The notes: a model not told the origin generated them from the sequence alone. Shown: positions 28,894-39,605, numbered from the stretch's first letter. The stretch is DNA of 64,000 bases from Pseudomonadota bacterium (GCA_046727735.1 JBKPDF010000007.1:61964-125963), one strand, 5' to 3'. Translations and numbers: made by a program.

Positions 28894-29658
28894 TCACAGC
28901 CTCCAGCCGGAGTGGAGCGCCACGATCCCGCCTGACATGCGCCGGTGCGTTACCTGCCGGAATCCCGCAGCCCGCAGCATCGCAGCGAGCGCCTCCGGCC
29001 GCGGGAAGCGGCGGATCGATTCGACAAGATAGCGGTAGGGCTCGGCATCGCCCACGACCGCGCGTCCCAGCGCGGGAATCACCTGAAACGAATAGAGATC
29101 GTAGAGCCGATCGAGCCCCGGCACGTCGACCGCCGAGAACTCGAGGCACAGAAAGTGTCCGAGCGGCTTGAGCACGCGAAACGCTTCCGCCAGCGCCCGC
29201 TCGATGCGCGGCACGTTGCGCATGCCGAACGCGATCGCGACCGCATCGTAGCTGCGATCCGGAAACGGCAGATGCTCGGCATTGCCCTCGACAAAACGCA
29301 CGACATCGTCGAGAGCGCGCGCCTCGGCGCGTTCGCGCCCGACTTGCAGCATCTCCACACTCGAATCGAGCACGGTAGCTCGCGTGCCCGAGCCGGCGGC
29401 CTCGAGCGTGCGGAACGCGACATCCCCGGTGCCGCCCGCGAGATCGAGCAGCGCGAACGATCGGGATTGCCGCGGTGGATCGATCGCGGTGACGAGCGCA
29501 TCCTTCCAGGCCCGATGCAGCCCGCCGGACATCAGATCATTCATCAAGTCGTAGCGCCGCGCGACCTTGCGGAACACGTCGTCGACAAGTTCCTGCTTGG
29601 CGGCGAGCGGCACCTCACGAAAACCGAAATCGGTCTGGCGATCGGGGGTCTCGGCCAT
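28894..29658 (-). CDS. ubiE: demethylmenaquinone / 2-methoxy-6-polyprenyl-1,4-benzoquinol methyltransferase
   Basis: [26 protein letters not shown] and SAM motif [10 protein letters not shown]. 254 aa from the ATG at 29658. Confidence 0.94.
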   Translation of the reverse strand: MAETPDRQTDFGFREVPLAAKQELVDDVFRKVARRYDLMNDLMSGGLHRAWKDALVTAIDPPRQSRSFALLDLAGGTGDVAFRTLEAAGSGTRATVLDSSVEMLQVGRERAEARALDDVVRFVEGNAEHLPFPDRSYDAVAIAFGMRNVPRIERALAEAFRVLKPLGHFLCLEFSAVDVPGLDRLYDLYSFQVIPALGRAVVGDAEPYRYLVESIRRFPRPEALAAMLRAAGFRQVTHRRMSGGIVALHSGWRL

Positions 29659-29740
29659 GGACGGCTCCGGGCGGCCGGACCATAGCGCGCGGGCCCGCGG
29701 GGCGCTATCACAGCTCGGAAAATCACCGGACGGAGTAAAC

Positions 29741-30619
29741 GTGCCGGAACTGCCCGAGGTCGAAACCGTGCGGCGGGGCTTGGCGCCCGCGATGGTGCAC
29801 GCTGCGTTCCTCGCGGTCCGGGCCCACCGCGAGGACCTGCGCTGGCCTCTGCCGGACAATTTCGGGCGGCGCCTCGTCGGGGCGACCGTCGAGCAGCTTC
29901 GCCGGCGCGCCAAATATCTGCTCGCCGAGCTCTCTTCCGGCGAGGTGCTGATCATGCATCTCGGCATGTCGGGCTCGTTCCGGGTGCTCAACGGCGCTGT
30001 GGAGGAGGCGCCCGGCGATTTCCATTTCGCGCGCTCACGCACCCTCGCCCACGATCACGTGGTATTCCGGATGTCCTCGGGCGCGACCGTGACGTTCAAC
30101 GACCCGCGCCGGTTCGGCTTCATGCTGCTTGTCGGGCGCGCCGAGCTCGAAACGCATCCGCTGATGCGCATCGGCCCCGAGCCGCTCGACCACGCCTTCA
30201 CCCCGCTACGGCTGGCGCGATCCTGCGCCGGCAAGGCGACGAGCCTCAAAGCCGCGTTGCTCGACCAGAAGGTCGTGGCCGGCCTCGGCAACATCTATGT
30301 CTGCGAGGCGCTCAACCGCGCGCGGCTGTCGCCGCGGCGCAAAGCCTCGACCCTGGCGACGCGCGCCGGTGTGCCGACGCCGCACGCGGTGCGCCTCGTC
30401 GCCGCCATCAAGGAGGTGCTCGAGGCTGCGATCGCCGCCGGCGGCTCGTCGCTGCGCGATCACCGCCGCACCGACGGCGAACTCGGGAGCTTTCAGCACA
30501 AGTTTCGCGTCTACGATCGCGCGGGTCGCCGCTGCCCGAACCGCGGCTGCGGCGGCATCGTGCGCCGCATCGCCCAGAACGGCCGCTCCACGTTCTTTTG
30601 CCTGGAGTGCCAGAAGTGA
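29741..30619 (+). CDS. mutM: formamidopyrimidine-DNA glycosylase
   Basis: The GTG start gives (M)[13 protein letters not shown], the catalytic N-terminal Pro-Glu. The C-terminal zinc finger [27 protein letters not shown] is present. Confidence 0.94.
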   Translation: MPELPEVETVRRGLAPAMVHAAFLAVRAHREDLRWPLPDNFGRRLVGATVEQLRRRAKYLLAELSSGEVLIMHLGMSGSFRVLNGAVEEAPGDFHFARSRTLAHDHVVFRMSSGATVTFNDPRRFGFMLLVGRAELETHPLMRIGPEPLDHAFTPLRLARSCAGKATSLKAALLDQKVVAGLGNIYVCEALNRARLSPRRKASTLATRAGVPTPHAVRLVAAIKEVLEAAIAAGGSSLRDHRRTDGELGSFQHKFRVYDRAGRRCPNRGCGGIVRRIAQNGRSTFFCLECQK

Positions 30620-30683
30620 GCCAGTTGCCGCAACGCTCGGCTCGACCGCGCCGACGGGGAGCAAACAATCCAAAGGGGATCTC

Positions 30684-31457
30684 ATGAGCTACGAGAACGT
30701 CGAAATCGAAACCCGCGGCAAGGTCGGGATCGTCCGGCTCAACCGACCACAGGCGCTCAATGCGCTCAACTCGGCGCTGATCGCGGATTTGACCCACGCA
30801 GTCGATGCGTTCGAAGCCGCGCACGAGATCGGCTGCATCGTGCTGACCGGATCGGAGAAAGCGTTCGCGGCCGGCGCCGACATCAAGGAGATGGCCGGCA
30901 AATCCTACATGGATGCCTTCATGGGGGATTTCGCCGCGCATTGGGACCGCATCTCCAGGGCGAGGAAACCGGTGATCGCCGCGGTCGCGGGCTACGCACT
31001 CGGCGGCGGCTGCGAGCTCGCCATGATGTGTGATCTCATCATCGCGGCGGAGAATGCCAAGTTCGGTCAGCCTGAGATCAAGCTCGGCGTCATTCCCGGC
31101 ATCGGCGGCACACAGCGGCTGACGCGCGCCGTCGGCAAGGCCAAGGCCATGGACCTCTGCCTGACGGGACGCATGATGGACGCACAGGAAGCCGAGCGCT
31201 CGGGCCTCGTCGCCCGCGTCGTGCCGCTGGCGGACCTGTTGGAGGAGGCGGTCAAGACCGCCGAGACGATCGCGTCGATGTCGCTGCCGGCCGTGATGGT
31301 CGCCAAAGAGAGCATCAACCGCGCCTTCGAGGTCTCGCTTGCCGAAGGCGTGCGCTTCGAGCGGCGGGTGTTTCATTCGCTGTTCGCGACCGAGGATCAG
31401 AAGGAGGGCATGGCGGCCTTCGTCGCGAAGCGCGCACCGAATTTCCGCAATCGATGA
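30684..31457 (+). CDS. enoyl-CoA hydratase (crotonase family)
   Basis: [39 protein letters not shown] and [15 protein letters not shown]. Confidence 0.9.
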   Translation: MSYENVEIETRGKVGIVRLNRPQALNALNSALIADLTHAVDAFEAAHEIGCIVLTGSEKAFAAGADIKEMAGKSYMDAFMGDFAAHWDRISRARKPVIAAVAGYALGGGCELAMMCDLIIAAENAKFGQPEIKLGVIPGIGGTQRLTRAVGKAKAMDLCLTGRMMDAQEAERSGLVARVVPLADLLEEAVKTAETIASMSLPAVMVAKESINRAFEVSLAEGVRFERRVFHSLFATEDQKEGMAAFVAKRAPNFRNR

Positions 31458-31525
31458 ATGTCCGGCGACGGCTGGCGGACTGCGCCAGAAATCGCAATAT
31501 ATGCCGATGACGACCACTGCTGAAT

Positions 31526-31612
31526 GGTCATGGCCGGGCCTGTCCCGGCCATCCACGCCTTGTCACTGCGGGCTTACGATCGTGGATGATTGGCACAAGG
31601 CCGGGCATGACC
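31526..31612. repeat. REP-like palindromic intergenic element (two imperfect 32-nt inverted arms)
   Basis: GGTCATGGCCGGGCCTGTCCCGGCCATCCACG (31526-31557) pairs with CGTGGATGATTGGCACAAGGCCGGGCATGACC (31581-31612). It is the same family as the element at 42678-42765. Confidence 0.7.
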
Positions 31613-31646
31613 GACGAGAGTCGGCAAGTGGCATCGAGGCGAGCCG

Positions 31647-32453
31647 ATGCTGACGAATGACGAACTCGAGCGCTATGCCCGCCACATCGTCCTGCGCGAG
31701 GTCGGCGGGCCCGGCCAGCTCGCGCTGCGCCGCGCCCGGGTCCTCGTAATCGGCGCCGGTGGGCTCGGCGCGCCGGTGCTGCTCTATCTCGCCGCCGCCG
31801 GTGTCGGCACGCTCGGCATCGTCGACGACGATGTGGTCGCGCTCTCGAACCTGCAACGTCAGGTCATCCACGCGACGCCGGACCTCGGCCGGCCCAAGGT
31901 CGACAGCGCCGCAGAGGTGATCGAGCGGCTCAACCCGCATGTCGCGGTCGAGCCGCACGGCGTGCGGCTGAGCGCGGCGAATGCCGTCGATCTGATCGGC
32001 CGCTACGATATCGTCGCCGACGGCTCCGACAATTTCCCGACCCGTTATCTCGTTTCCGACGCCTGTTATTTCGCAAAAAAGCCGCTCGTCACCGCGGCGG
32101 TCGGCAGCTTCGACGGCACGCTCACCACGATCCGGGCGCACGAGCGCGGCACGGACGGTCGCCCCAACCCCACGTACCGGTGCCTGTTTCCCGAGCCGCC
32201 GCCCGCCGGCACGGTGCCGGCCTGCGCCGAAGCCGGAATCCTGGGAGCGCTCACCGGCATCCTCGGTTCGCTCATGGCGCTCGAAGTGATCCGCGAAATC
32301 GTCGGCTTCGGCGAGGGCTTGGTCGGGCGGCTGCTCATGGTCGACGCGCGCTCGCTGCGGTTCGAAACGCTGCGCTACACGTGGGACCCGAACAACCCGC
32401 TCTCGGGCGAACGATCCTCGGTCCGCGATCTCTCGCTGTTGCACGTCGGCTGA
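31647..32453 (+). CDS. moeB: HesA/MoeB/ThiF family adenylyltransferase (molybdopterin-synthase adenylyltransferase-like)
   Basis: ERYARHIVLREVGGPGQ, Rossmann motif VIGAGGLGAPVLLYLAAAGVG and NLQRQ motif. Confidence 0.85.
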   Translation: MLTNDELERYARHIVLREVGGPGQLALRRARVLVIGAGGLGAPVLLYLAAAGVGTLGIVDDDVVALSNLQRQVIHATPDLGRPKVDSAAEVIERLNPHVAVEPHGVRLSAANAVDLIGRYDIVADGSDNFPTRYLVSDACYFAKKPLVTAAVGSFDGTLTTIRAHERGTDGRPNPTYRCLFPEPPPAGTVPACAEAGILGALTGILGSLMALEVIREIVGFGEGLVGRLLMVDARSLRFETLRYTWDPNNPLSGERSSVRDLSLLHVG

Positions 32454-32536
32454 GGGGTCGGCGTAGCTGCGGGCTCGATTAGACAATCCGGGCACGCGGC
32501 GAATTGCGCAAGCGCATGACGAGCGCCCGGCGAAGA

Positions 32537-32938
32537 TCATTTTTCCGGCGGCTTTGCCGCGGCGGTCGGCTCCGGGCATGGGCCGATGCAGAACTCGACG
32601 TCGTCGCTGTTGCGGTAGCGGTTCGGACCCATGCGCTGGTATTCGACGCAGCGGCGGCGGTCGGGTGCATCATGGGCGTTGCGGCGGCAGATTTTCCCGC
32701 CCTCCGCCTCCCAGATGCCGCGCACGAGAATCCCCGACCCGGACAGGACCGCGGTGCCGTCCGGCAGATGCACGGTGCACAACGCCTTTCCGGCGAGCGG
32801 GCCGACGCTCGGCGTGCCGCAGAGCGGGACGCCTACGAGCTCGCGGCGGAATTCGTCGACGGTCATGCTCTGCGCCCAGGCCGGCGCGGCGGCGAGCAGC
32901 ATCAGGCCGAGCACGGTTGAGCGGGGCACGTTCGCCAT
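32537..32938 (-). CDS. hypothetical secreted Cys-containing protein
   Basis: MANVPRSTVLGLMLLAAAPAWAQS is a signal-peptide-like sequence with an AWA-Q cleavage site. The mature part has six Cys. It starts 20 nt after the upstream dehydrogenase gene stop. Confidence 0.55.
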   Translation of the reverse strand: MANVPRSTVLGLMLLAAAPAWAQSMTVDEFRRELVGVPLCGTPSVGPLAGKALCTVHLPDGTAVLSGSGILVRGIWEAEGGKICRRNAHDAPDRRRCVEYQRMGPNRYRNSDDVEFCIGPCPEPTAAAKPPEK

Positions 32939-32958
32939 GTGCAAATCAAAGACCAGGA

Positions 32959-33960
32959 TCACAGCATCGAGGGCAGCACGCGGTCGGGCGGCCGATGGCC
33001 GTCCATGAAGGTCTTGATATTGATAATGACCTTTTCGCCCATGTCGATGCGACCTTCGATCGTAGCCGATCCCATGTGCGGCAACAGCACCACCTTACCG
33101 GCGCGCGCGAGCTTCAGGAGCTTGGGATTGACGGCGGGCTCGTGCTCGAACACATCGAGTCCAGCGCCCGCGACCTCGCCGTGCTCGATCATGCGGGCAA
33201 GCGCGTTCTCGTCGACCACCTCGCCGCGCGCGGTATTGACCACATAGGCTTCGGGACGCATCAGCTTCAGTCGCCGCGCCGACAGCAGATGATACGTCGC
33301 CGGCGTATGCGGGCAGTTTACCGAGATGATATCCATGCGCGCGAGCATCTGATCGAGGCTCTCCCAATAGGTGGCCTCCAGCTCCTCCTCGATGTGCGGC
33401 GGCACGCGACGGCGGTTGTGATAATGGACCTGCAGGCCGAAGGCGCGGGCGCGCCGCGCCACCGCCTGGCCGATGCGGCCCATGCCGACGATGCCCAACC
33501 GCTTGCCCCAGATGCGGTGGCCGAGCATCCAGGTGGGCGTCCAGCCGGTCCAATCCTTGTCCGCGGTCAAGACCGTGGCGCCCTCGGCGAGCCGCCGCGG
33601 CACCGCCAGGATCAGCGCCATGGTCATGTCCGCGGTGTCTTCGGTCAGCACGCCCGGCGTGTTGGTGACGGTGATGCCGCGCTGCACCGCGGTCGCGACG
33701 TCGATGTTGTCGACGCCGTTGCCGAAATTGGCGATCAGCTTCAGCTTGTCGCCGGATTGGCTGAGCACGGAGGCGTCGATTTGGTCGGTAATGGTCGGGA
33801 CCAGCACGTCGGCGATTTTCGCGGCTTCGGCGAGCTGCGCATGGCTCATCGGCTTGTCGTCGAGATTGAGGCGGGCATCGAACAGCTCGCGCATGCGGGT
33901 CTCGACGCTGTCCGGCAGCTTGCGCGTGACGACCACCAACGGCTTCTTGCGGTTCGGCAT
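32959..33960 (-). CDS. D-isomer-specific 2-hydroxyacid dehydrogenase (glyoxylate/hydroxypyruvate reductase-like)
   Basis: NAD motif LGIVGMGRIGQAVARRA, NTARG motif and catalytic His region PHMGSAT. Confidence 0.9.
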   Translation of the reverse strand: MPNRKKPLVVVTRKLPDSVETRMRELFDARLNLDDKPMSHAQLAEAAKIADVLVPTITDQIDASVLSQSGDKLKLIANFGNGVDNIDVATAVQRGITVTNTPGVLTEDTADMTMALILAVPRRLAEGATVLTADKDWTGWTPTWMLGHRIWGKRLGIVGMGRIGQAVARRARAFGLQVHYHNRRRVPPHIEEELEATYWESLDQMLARMDIISVNCPHTPATYHLLSARRLKLMRPEAYVVNTARGEVVDENALARMIEHGEVAGAGLDVFEHEPAVNPKLLKLARAGKVVLLPHMGSATIEGRIDMGEKVIINIKTFMDGHRPPDRVLPSML

Positions 33961-34208
33961 TGTCGACGCCCTCGGCTTACGCCGCGCGACCGCGGTGCGC
34001 AAACCGGTCACCTTCCGTTCAGCGCTCGTTAACCGAGCCGACCGAGACTGTCGCAGCCCCGCGGGACGGATGGCTCGGCCGGTCCCTCTCTATCAGATGG
34101 CCGGGCGAGCACAAAGCCGCCGCAGCCGTCGCGTTTGCGCGGCGGCGGCGCCGCAGATGCCAACCGGGCCGCAGTGGCGAGGCGAGGCGTGTGGCAACAG
34201 TCCGATCG

Positions 34209-34730
34209 ATGCAATCGCGAAACTGGCTCTCTCTCGCACCCGCACTGTTCGTGCTGACCGCGACCATGCCGGCAAGTGCCGATCCGCTGGCGCAGGGTGC
34301 GTCCAGCGGCCTTCCGGTGCCGCGCTTCGTCAGCCTCAAATCCGATCGCGTCAACGTGCGCGGCGGGCCCGACAAGGATCACGAAGTCGTCTGGGTATTC
34401 ACCAAGGCGGCGCTTCCCGTGGAGATCACCGCGGAGTTCGAGAATTGGCGGCGCGTGCGCGACTGGGACGGCGGCGAGGGCTGGGTCTACCACTCGCTGC
34501 TGTCGGGGCGCCGCACCGTCCTGGTTGCTCCGAAGGCGAAGGAGGGGGCGGTGCCGCTGCTGGATCGTCCGGACCCGGCCGCGAAGCTCGTCGCACGCCT
34601 GCAACCGGGCGTCGCCGGTTCGGTTAAGGGCTGCACAGGGCAGTGGTGCCGCATCGGCGGCGAGGGATTCGACGGCTGGATCGCGCAGGACCGGCTGTGG
34701 GGAGTTTACCCCAACGAGAAGATCGACTAG
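34209..34730 (+). CDS. SH3-like domain protein (DUF1058/COG3807), exported
   Basis: ATG at 34209 gives MQSRNWLSLAPALFVLTATMPASA, a signal peptide. It is followed by two SH3b-like halves (PRFVSLKSDRVNVRGGP; GWVYHSLL; GWIAQDRLWG). Confidence 0.8.
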   Translation: MQSRNWLSLAPALFVLTATMPASADPLAQGASSGLPVPRFVSLKSDRVNVRGGPDKDHEVVWVFTKAALPVEITAEFENWRRVRDWDGGEGWVYHSLLSGRRTVLVAPKAKEGAVPLLDRPDPAAKLVARLQPGVAGSVKGCTGQWCRIGGEGFDGWIAQDRLWGVYPNEKID

Positions 34731-35236
34731 CCGCCGTTCTCGGACGGCTCGCGCTTGAGCCTGACGACGATGTCGACCCGCGCGATCCGGTAGCCCGGCG
34801 GCGGCGCCGGCAGCTTGTCCATCGCGGCTTCGCTCGCCGGAATATCCACGAGCGTGTTCTCGTCCTCCACGAAGAAATGGTGGTGGTCGGACGCATTGGT
34901 GTCGAAATAGGTCTTCGAACCGTCGACCGCGACCTCGCGCAGCAGCCCCGCTTGCGTGAACTGGTGCAGTGTATTGTAGATCGTGGCGAGCGATACGGGC
35001 ACTTTCGCCTTGGTGGCCTCCTCGTAGAGCAGCTCGGCGGTGACGTGCCGATCGCCCTTGCCGAACAGGATCCAGCCGAGCGCCATGCGCTGGCGCGTCG
35101 GCCGCAGGCCGACCTGACGCAGCATGGCGCGCACGTCGTGCCATGGGCAGCCGGTGAGCGCCGCGCGCTCGGCCAGCCGGCGCTCGGCGGCTTCGTCGAG
35201 CGTGCTCGAGAAAACGATCGTACGCGGTTGCGCCAT
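34727..35236 (-). CDS. irr: iron response regulator Irr (Fur family)
   Basis: Heme-regulatory motif GCPWHD (Cys-Pro codons at 35149-35144), LRPTRQRMALGW DNA-binding helix and a DHHHFF His-cluster. It is adjacent and divergent to fabA, as in Bradyrhizobium. Confidence 0.9.
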   Translation of the reverse strand: MAQPRTIVFSSTLDEAAERRLAERAALTGCPWHDVRAMLRQVGLRPTRQRMALGWILFGKGDRHVTAELLYEEATKAKVPVSLATIYNTLHQFTQAGLLREVAVDGSKTYFDTNASDHHHFFVEDENTLVDIPASEAAMDKLPAPPPGYRIARVDIVVRLKREPSENGG

Positions 35237-35465
35237 GTCTGCGACCCAAACGCTCTACCCTATCGGCGCGGGCAGGATTTTGCGGCCGGATCATAGGGAG
35301 GCTGTGGCCCGGGTGCAACCGCGCTTGGCTCGCCCGGCGCAATGTCGCAGCTGCGAGCGCGCGAGCGCGGCATGTCGCGCGATCATTGTATCCGCCGCCG
35401 CTTTTGCCCCTGCCCGCCGATGTGTTAGGAGATCGGCCGGCAAACCAGGCCAGGAATCGACCTGA

Positions 35466-35999
35466 ATGCAGACCCGCCGCGGCAGCTATGACTACGAAGA
35501 TTTGCTGGCATGCGGCCGTGGCGAACTGTTCGGCGAGGGCAATGCCCAGCTGCCGCTGCCGCCGATGTTGATGTTCGATCGGATTTCGGAGATCGCGGAG
35601 GCGGGCGGAGAACACGGAAAGGGACTGGTGCGCGCCGAGCTCAGCGTGAAGCCGGACATGTGGTTCTTCCCCTGTCATTTCAAAGGCGATCCGGTCATGC
35701 CCGGCTGTCTCGGCATCGATGCGCTGTGGCAATTGCTCGGGTTTTTCCTGGGCTGGCTCGGCGCGCCCGGCAAAGGGCGGGCGCTCGGGCTCGGCGAACT
35801 GAAATTCTCGGGGCAAGTGCTCCCGACCATGAAGAAGGTGATCTACGGCATCGACATCAAGCGGGTGATGCGCTCGAAGCTCGTGCTCGGCGTCGCCGAC
35901 GGCTGGCTTTCTGCGGACGGCGCGGTGATCTACCGGGCGAGTGACCTCAAGGTCGGCCTGTTCCGCCAGGATGCCGAGCTGCAGGCGAGCGGAGCCTGA
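35466..35999 (+). CDS. fabA: 3-hydroxydecanoyl-ACP dehydratase / isomerase
   Basis: [12 protein letters not shown] and active-site region [20 protein letters not shown]. Confidence 0.95.
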   Translation: MQTRRGSYDYEDLLACGRGELFGEGNAQLPLPPMLMFDRISEIAEAGGEHGKGLVRAELSVKPDMWFFPCHFKGDPVMPGCLGIDALWQLLGFFLGWLGAPGKGRALGLGELKFSGQVLPTMKKVIYGIDIKRVMRSKLVLGVADGWLSADGAVIYRASDLKVGLFRQDAELQASGA

Positions 36000-36059
36000 G
36001 CCCAGGCGCGCGAGCGCGGGGAGCGCGCCGATGGCGAGAAATCTGCGGACGAGGCAACC

Positions 36060-37277
36060 ATGAAGCGCGTCGTCGTCACCGGGATGGGAATCGTCTCATC
36101 GATCGGGAACAACACCCAGGAAGTGCTGGCGTCGCTGCGCGAGGCGAAGTCCGGCATCGTGCGCGCCGATGAATATGCGAAGCTCGGCTTCCGCTGCCAG
36201 GTCCACGGCGCGCCCACCCTCGACGCCGAGCACGCCATCGATCGCCGCGCGCTGCGGTTTTTGGGCGGCGGCGCCGCCTTCAACCACGTCGCCATGGAGC
36301 AGGCGATCCGCGACGCGGGGCTCGAACCCGACGAAGTCTCGCACGAGCGCACCGGGATCATCATGGGCTCGGGCGGACCCTCGACGCGCACCCTCGTCGA
36401 GGCCGCCGATACCGCGCGCAACAAGGGGCCGAAGCGGGTCGGCCCATTCGCGGTGCCGAAGGCCATGTCGTCGACCGCCTCGGCGACGCTCGGCACCTGG
36501 TTCAAGATCAAGGGGGTGAATTACAGCATCTCGTCGGCCTGCGCGACTTCCAATCACTGCATCGGCAACGCGCTCGAGGTGATCCAGCTCGGCAAGCAGG
36601 ATGTGATTTTCGCCGGCGGCTGCGAGGAGCTCGACTGGACGCTCTCGGTGCTGTTCGACGCCATGGGGGCGATGTCGTCGAAGTTCAACGCCACTCCGGA
36701 GAAGGCCTCCCGTGCCTACGACGTCGATCGTGATGGATTCGTGATCGCGGGCGGTGCCGGCGTGCTGGTGCTCGAGGAGCTCGATCACGCGAAGGCGCGC
36801 GGCGCCAAGATCTATGCCGAGCTCGCCGGCTACGGGGCCACCTCGGACGGCTACGACATGGTGGCGCCGTCGGGCGAAGGCGCCGCGCGCTGCATGCGCA
36901 TGGCGCTGCAATCGGTGCCCTGTCCGATCGATTACATCAACCCGCATGCGACCTCGACCCCGGTCGGCGACTTGCGGGAGATCGAGGCGATCCGTGAGGT
37001 TTTCAGGGACAAATGCCCGCCGATCTCCGCGACCAAATCGCTGACCGGCCACTCGCTCGGCGCCGCCGGTGCGCAGGAGGCGATCTATTCGCTGCTGATG
37101 ATGAACAACGGCTTCATCTGCGAAAGCGCCAACATCGAGCATCTCGATCCCGCTTTCGCCGATGTCCCGGTCGTGCGCGAACGCCGCGACCACGTCGAGC
37201 TTTCCTGCGTGCTGTCGAACTCCTTCGGGTTCGGCGGCACGAATGCATCCGTCGTGTTCAAGCGGCTCGATGCCTGA
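36060..37277 (+). CDS. fabB: beta-ketoacyl-ACP synthase I
   Basis: [17 protein letters not shown], active-site Cys region [15 protein letters not shown] and GHSLGAAG. Confidence 0.95.
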   Translation: MKRVVVTGMGIVSSIGNNTQEVLASLREAKSGIVRADEYAKLGFRCQVHGAPTLDAEHAIDRRALRFLGGGAAFNHVAMEQAIRDAGLEPDEVSHERTGIIMGSGGPSTRTLVEAADTARNKGPKRVGPFAVPKAMSSTASATLGTWFKIKGVNYSISSACATSNHCIGNALEVIQLGKQDVIFAGGCEELDWTLSVLFDAMGAMSSKFNATPEKASRAYDVDRDGFVIAGGAGVLVLEELDHAKARGAKIYAELAGYGATSDGYDMVAPSGEGAARCMRMALQSVPCPIDYINPHATSTPVGDLREIEAIREVFRDKCPPISATKSLTGHSLGAAGAQEAIYSLLMMNNGFICESANIEHLDPAFADVPVVRERRDHVELSCVLSNSFGFGGTNASVVFKRLDA

Positions 37278-37325
37278 GTTGGCGCACGTGGCCGGGATTT
37301 GCGCGCAAGCAAGGGGGTGAGCGTG

Positions 37326-38171
37326 ATGGGAAGACTGATGGAGGGCAAGCGCGGGCTGATCATGGGCGTCGCGAACGACCACTCGATCGCCTGGGGCATC
37401 GCCAAGACGCTCGCTCGGGAGGGCGCGATGCTCGCCTTGACCTACCAGGGCGAGGCGCTCGGCAAGCGCGTGCGGCCGCTCGCCGAATCGATCGGTGCCA
37501 ATCTCATTCTGCCCTGCGATGTCGAAGATCTCGCCTCGGTCGACGCCGTCTGCTCGGAAATCGACCGGAGCTGGCAGAAACTCGATTTCCTCGTGCACGC
37601 GATCGCGTTTTCCGATCGCAACGAGCTCAAGGGCCGCTATGCCGACACCACGCGGGAGAATTTCATCCGCACCATGGTGATCTCGTGTTTTTCGTTCACC
37701 GAGATCGCCAAGCGGGCGGCGGCGCTGATGCACGGCGGCGGATCGCTGGTCACGCTCACCTATGGCGGCTCGATGCGGGTGATGCCGAACTACAACGTGA
37801 TGGGGGTCGCCAAGGCGGCGCTCGAAGCGTCCGTGCGTTATCTCGCGGCGGATTTCGGCCCCGCCGGCATCCGCGTCAACGCGATTTCGGCCGGGCCGGT
37901 GCGCACGCTGGCGGGCTCCGGGATTTCCGAGGCGCGGTTGATGTTCAATTTCCAGCAGCGCCATTCGCCGTTGCGGCGCACCGTCTCGATCGACGAGATC
38001 GGCGGCGCGGCGCTCTACCTGCTCAGCGATCTCTCGAGCGGAGTGACCGGCGACATCCATTATGTGGATTCCGGCTACAACATCGTCGCGATGCCGCAGC
38101 CCGCCGCGCTGCGGACCGTCGACGAAGCGGAGACCGCCGCCGAGGAGCGCACCAAGGACGCCGCGCAATAG
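37326..38171 (+). CDS. fabI: enoyl-ACP reductase (NADH)
   Basis: GKRGLIMGVANDHSIAWGIA and the Y-x6-K catalytic region (YNVMGVAKAALE). ATG at 37326 follows an AAGGGGG Shine-Dalgarno. The ATG at 37338 is an alternative. Confidence 0.93.
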   Translation: MGRLMEGKRGLIMGVANDHSIAWGIAKTLAREGAMLALTYQGEALGKRVRPLAESIGANLILPCDVEDLASVDAVCSEIDRSWQKLDFLVHAIAFSDRNELKGRYADTTRENFIRTMVISCFSFTEIAKRAAALMHGGGSLVTLTYGGSMRVMPNYNVMGVAKAALEASVRYLAADFGPAGIRVNAISAGPVRTLAGSGISEARLMFNFQQRHSPLRRTVSIDEIGGAALYLLSDLSSGVTGDIHYVDSGYNIVAMPQPAALRTVDEAETAAEERTKDAAQ

Positions 38172-38380
38172 CGCCGGTCCCGCCGGCCGCCGGCGCCGCG
38201 CAACACCGGCGCCGTCCATGTCCGGGCGATAGACGGTCGAACCGAGGTCCGCGCGGCGAGAGTCATGCTATGGTTCGCTGGCGCCTCTCCATGCCAGGCA
38301 TTTGGTGAGGGCATCTCGCCTGCGCATCGCGAGCTCGGCGCGAGCGCGGGACCCAGGAGCCGGGCTCGGGAGGACTATCC

Positions 38381-39547
38381 ATGGACATCCGCGTTGTGCG
38401 CGCGGGCGGTATTGCCGCCGCGCTCCTCGGTTTGCCGCTGCTTTCGTCGAGCGCCATCGCGCAGCTTGCCATCTCCTCGAACGACGCAAAGGCCGTGCTG
38501 GTGAACGGCGTGAACACGGTGCCGCCGAACCCCGGGAACGACACCGTCACGCTCATCGACCTCGGGGTTTCGCCGCCGAAGATCGTCGGCGAGCTCAATG
38601 CGCCGTCGAGCGTCGTGGGTCCGCCGCAGAACGTCGCGATCACACCCGACGAGTCGTTGGCGCTCGTCAGCGCCAACACCAAACTCGATCCGACCGATCC
38701 CAAGAAAACCGTGCCGGACAACCGGATCACGGTGATCGATCTCAAGTCCAATCCGGCGGCGGTGATCACCACGATCGAAACCGATCCCGGACCGGCCGGC
38801 ATCTCCATCAATCGCGCCGGAACATTGGCGCTCGTCGCCAATCGCAATGCCGGTGCGGTCTCGATCTTCACGATCTCCGGAAAATCCATCGCCCCCGCCG
38901 GCAAGGTCGATTTGGGCGATGCAAAAGCGGGACCGAGCAGCGTCGCGTTCACGCCCGACGGAAAGACGGCGCTGGTCACGCGCGACGGCGACCACAAGGT
39001 CTCGGTGCTCTCCGTCGACGGCACCAAGGTGACGGATACCAAGCGGGTGCTGACCGGCGGATTCCGGCCTTATGCGATCCAGGTCAGCCCCAAGGGCGAC
39101 ATCGCGCTCGTCGGCAATCAGGGCGGCAACAGCGGTGACATCGTGGCGGTGCACGTGATCGACCTGACCGGGAAGGCCCCGCGCATCGTCCGCGCGATCG
39201 ATGTCGGCCAGTACGTCGAGGGCTTGGCGTTCTCGGACGACGGCAATTATGTGGCTATCCTCCCCCAGAACGGCTCCTCGATCGCGGAAAATCATCCGTT
39301 CTACAACGACCACAGCCTGGTCGTGGTGTTCAGCGTGAAGGGAACGGAGCTCACCAAAGTCGCCGAGGCCAAGACCGGGAGATGGGGCCAGGGCGTGGCC
39401 TGGAGCCGCGACGGCAAGACTCTGCTGGCGCAGAGCATGACTGACAATGCGCTCGCGGTGTTGAGCTTCGACGGCAAGAGCCTGCAGGTGACCGGCCAAC
39501 TCAAGGTCAACGGCGGGCCCGAAGGGCTGCGCACCGCGGAACGTTGA
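38381..39547 (+). CDS. exported beta-propeller repeat protein (YVTN / lactonase-like family)
   Basis: Signal peptide AAALLGLPLLSSSAIAQ. Repeated about 40-aa units have the pattern P-x-G-(I/V)-A-(I/F)-(S/T)-P-D-G, as in VAITPDESLALV, ISINRAGTLALV, VAFTPDGKTALV, IQVSPKGDIALV, LAFSDDGNYVA and VAWSRDGKTLL. Confidence 0.75.
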   Translation: MDIRVVRAGGIAAALLGLPLLSSSAIAQLAISSNDAKAVLVNGVNTVPPNPGNDTVTLIDLGVSPPKIVGELNAPSSVVGPPQNVAITPDESLALVSANTKLDPTDPKKTVPDNRITVIDLKSNPAAVITTIETDPGPAGISINRAGTLALVANRNAGAVSIFTISGKSIAPAGKVDLGDAKAGPSSVAFTPDGKTALVTRDGDHKVSVLSVDGTKVTDTKRVLTGGFRPYAIQVSPKGDIALVGNQGGNSGDIVAVHVIDLTGKAPRIVRAIDVGQYVEGLAFSDDGNYVAILPQNGSSIAENHPFYNDHSLVVVFSVKGTELTKVAEAKTGRWGQGVAWSRDGKTLLAQSMTDNALAVLSFDGKSLQVTGQLKVNGGPEGLRTAER

Positions 39548-39605
39548 ACGAAGGCCGTCGTCGGCCGGCGCGCGAATCGCCGGTCGGCTCGTGGTCATGA
39601 AAGAA

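Noticed and set aside
35237-35465. An Irr-binding iron control element or another operator in the irr/fabA divergent region.
   Set aside because: No TTTAGAA-N3-TTCTAAA-like inverted repeat is present, only GC-rich runs.
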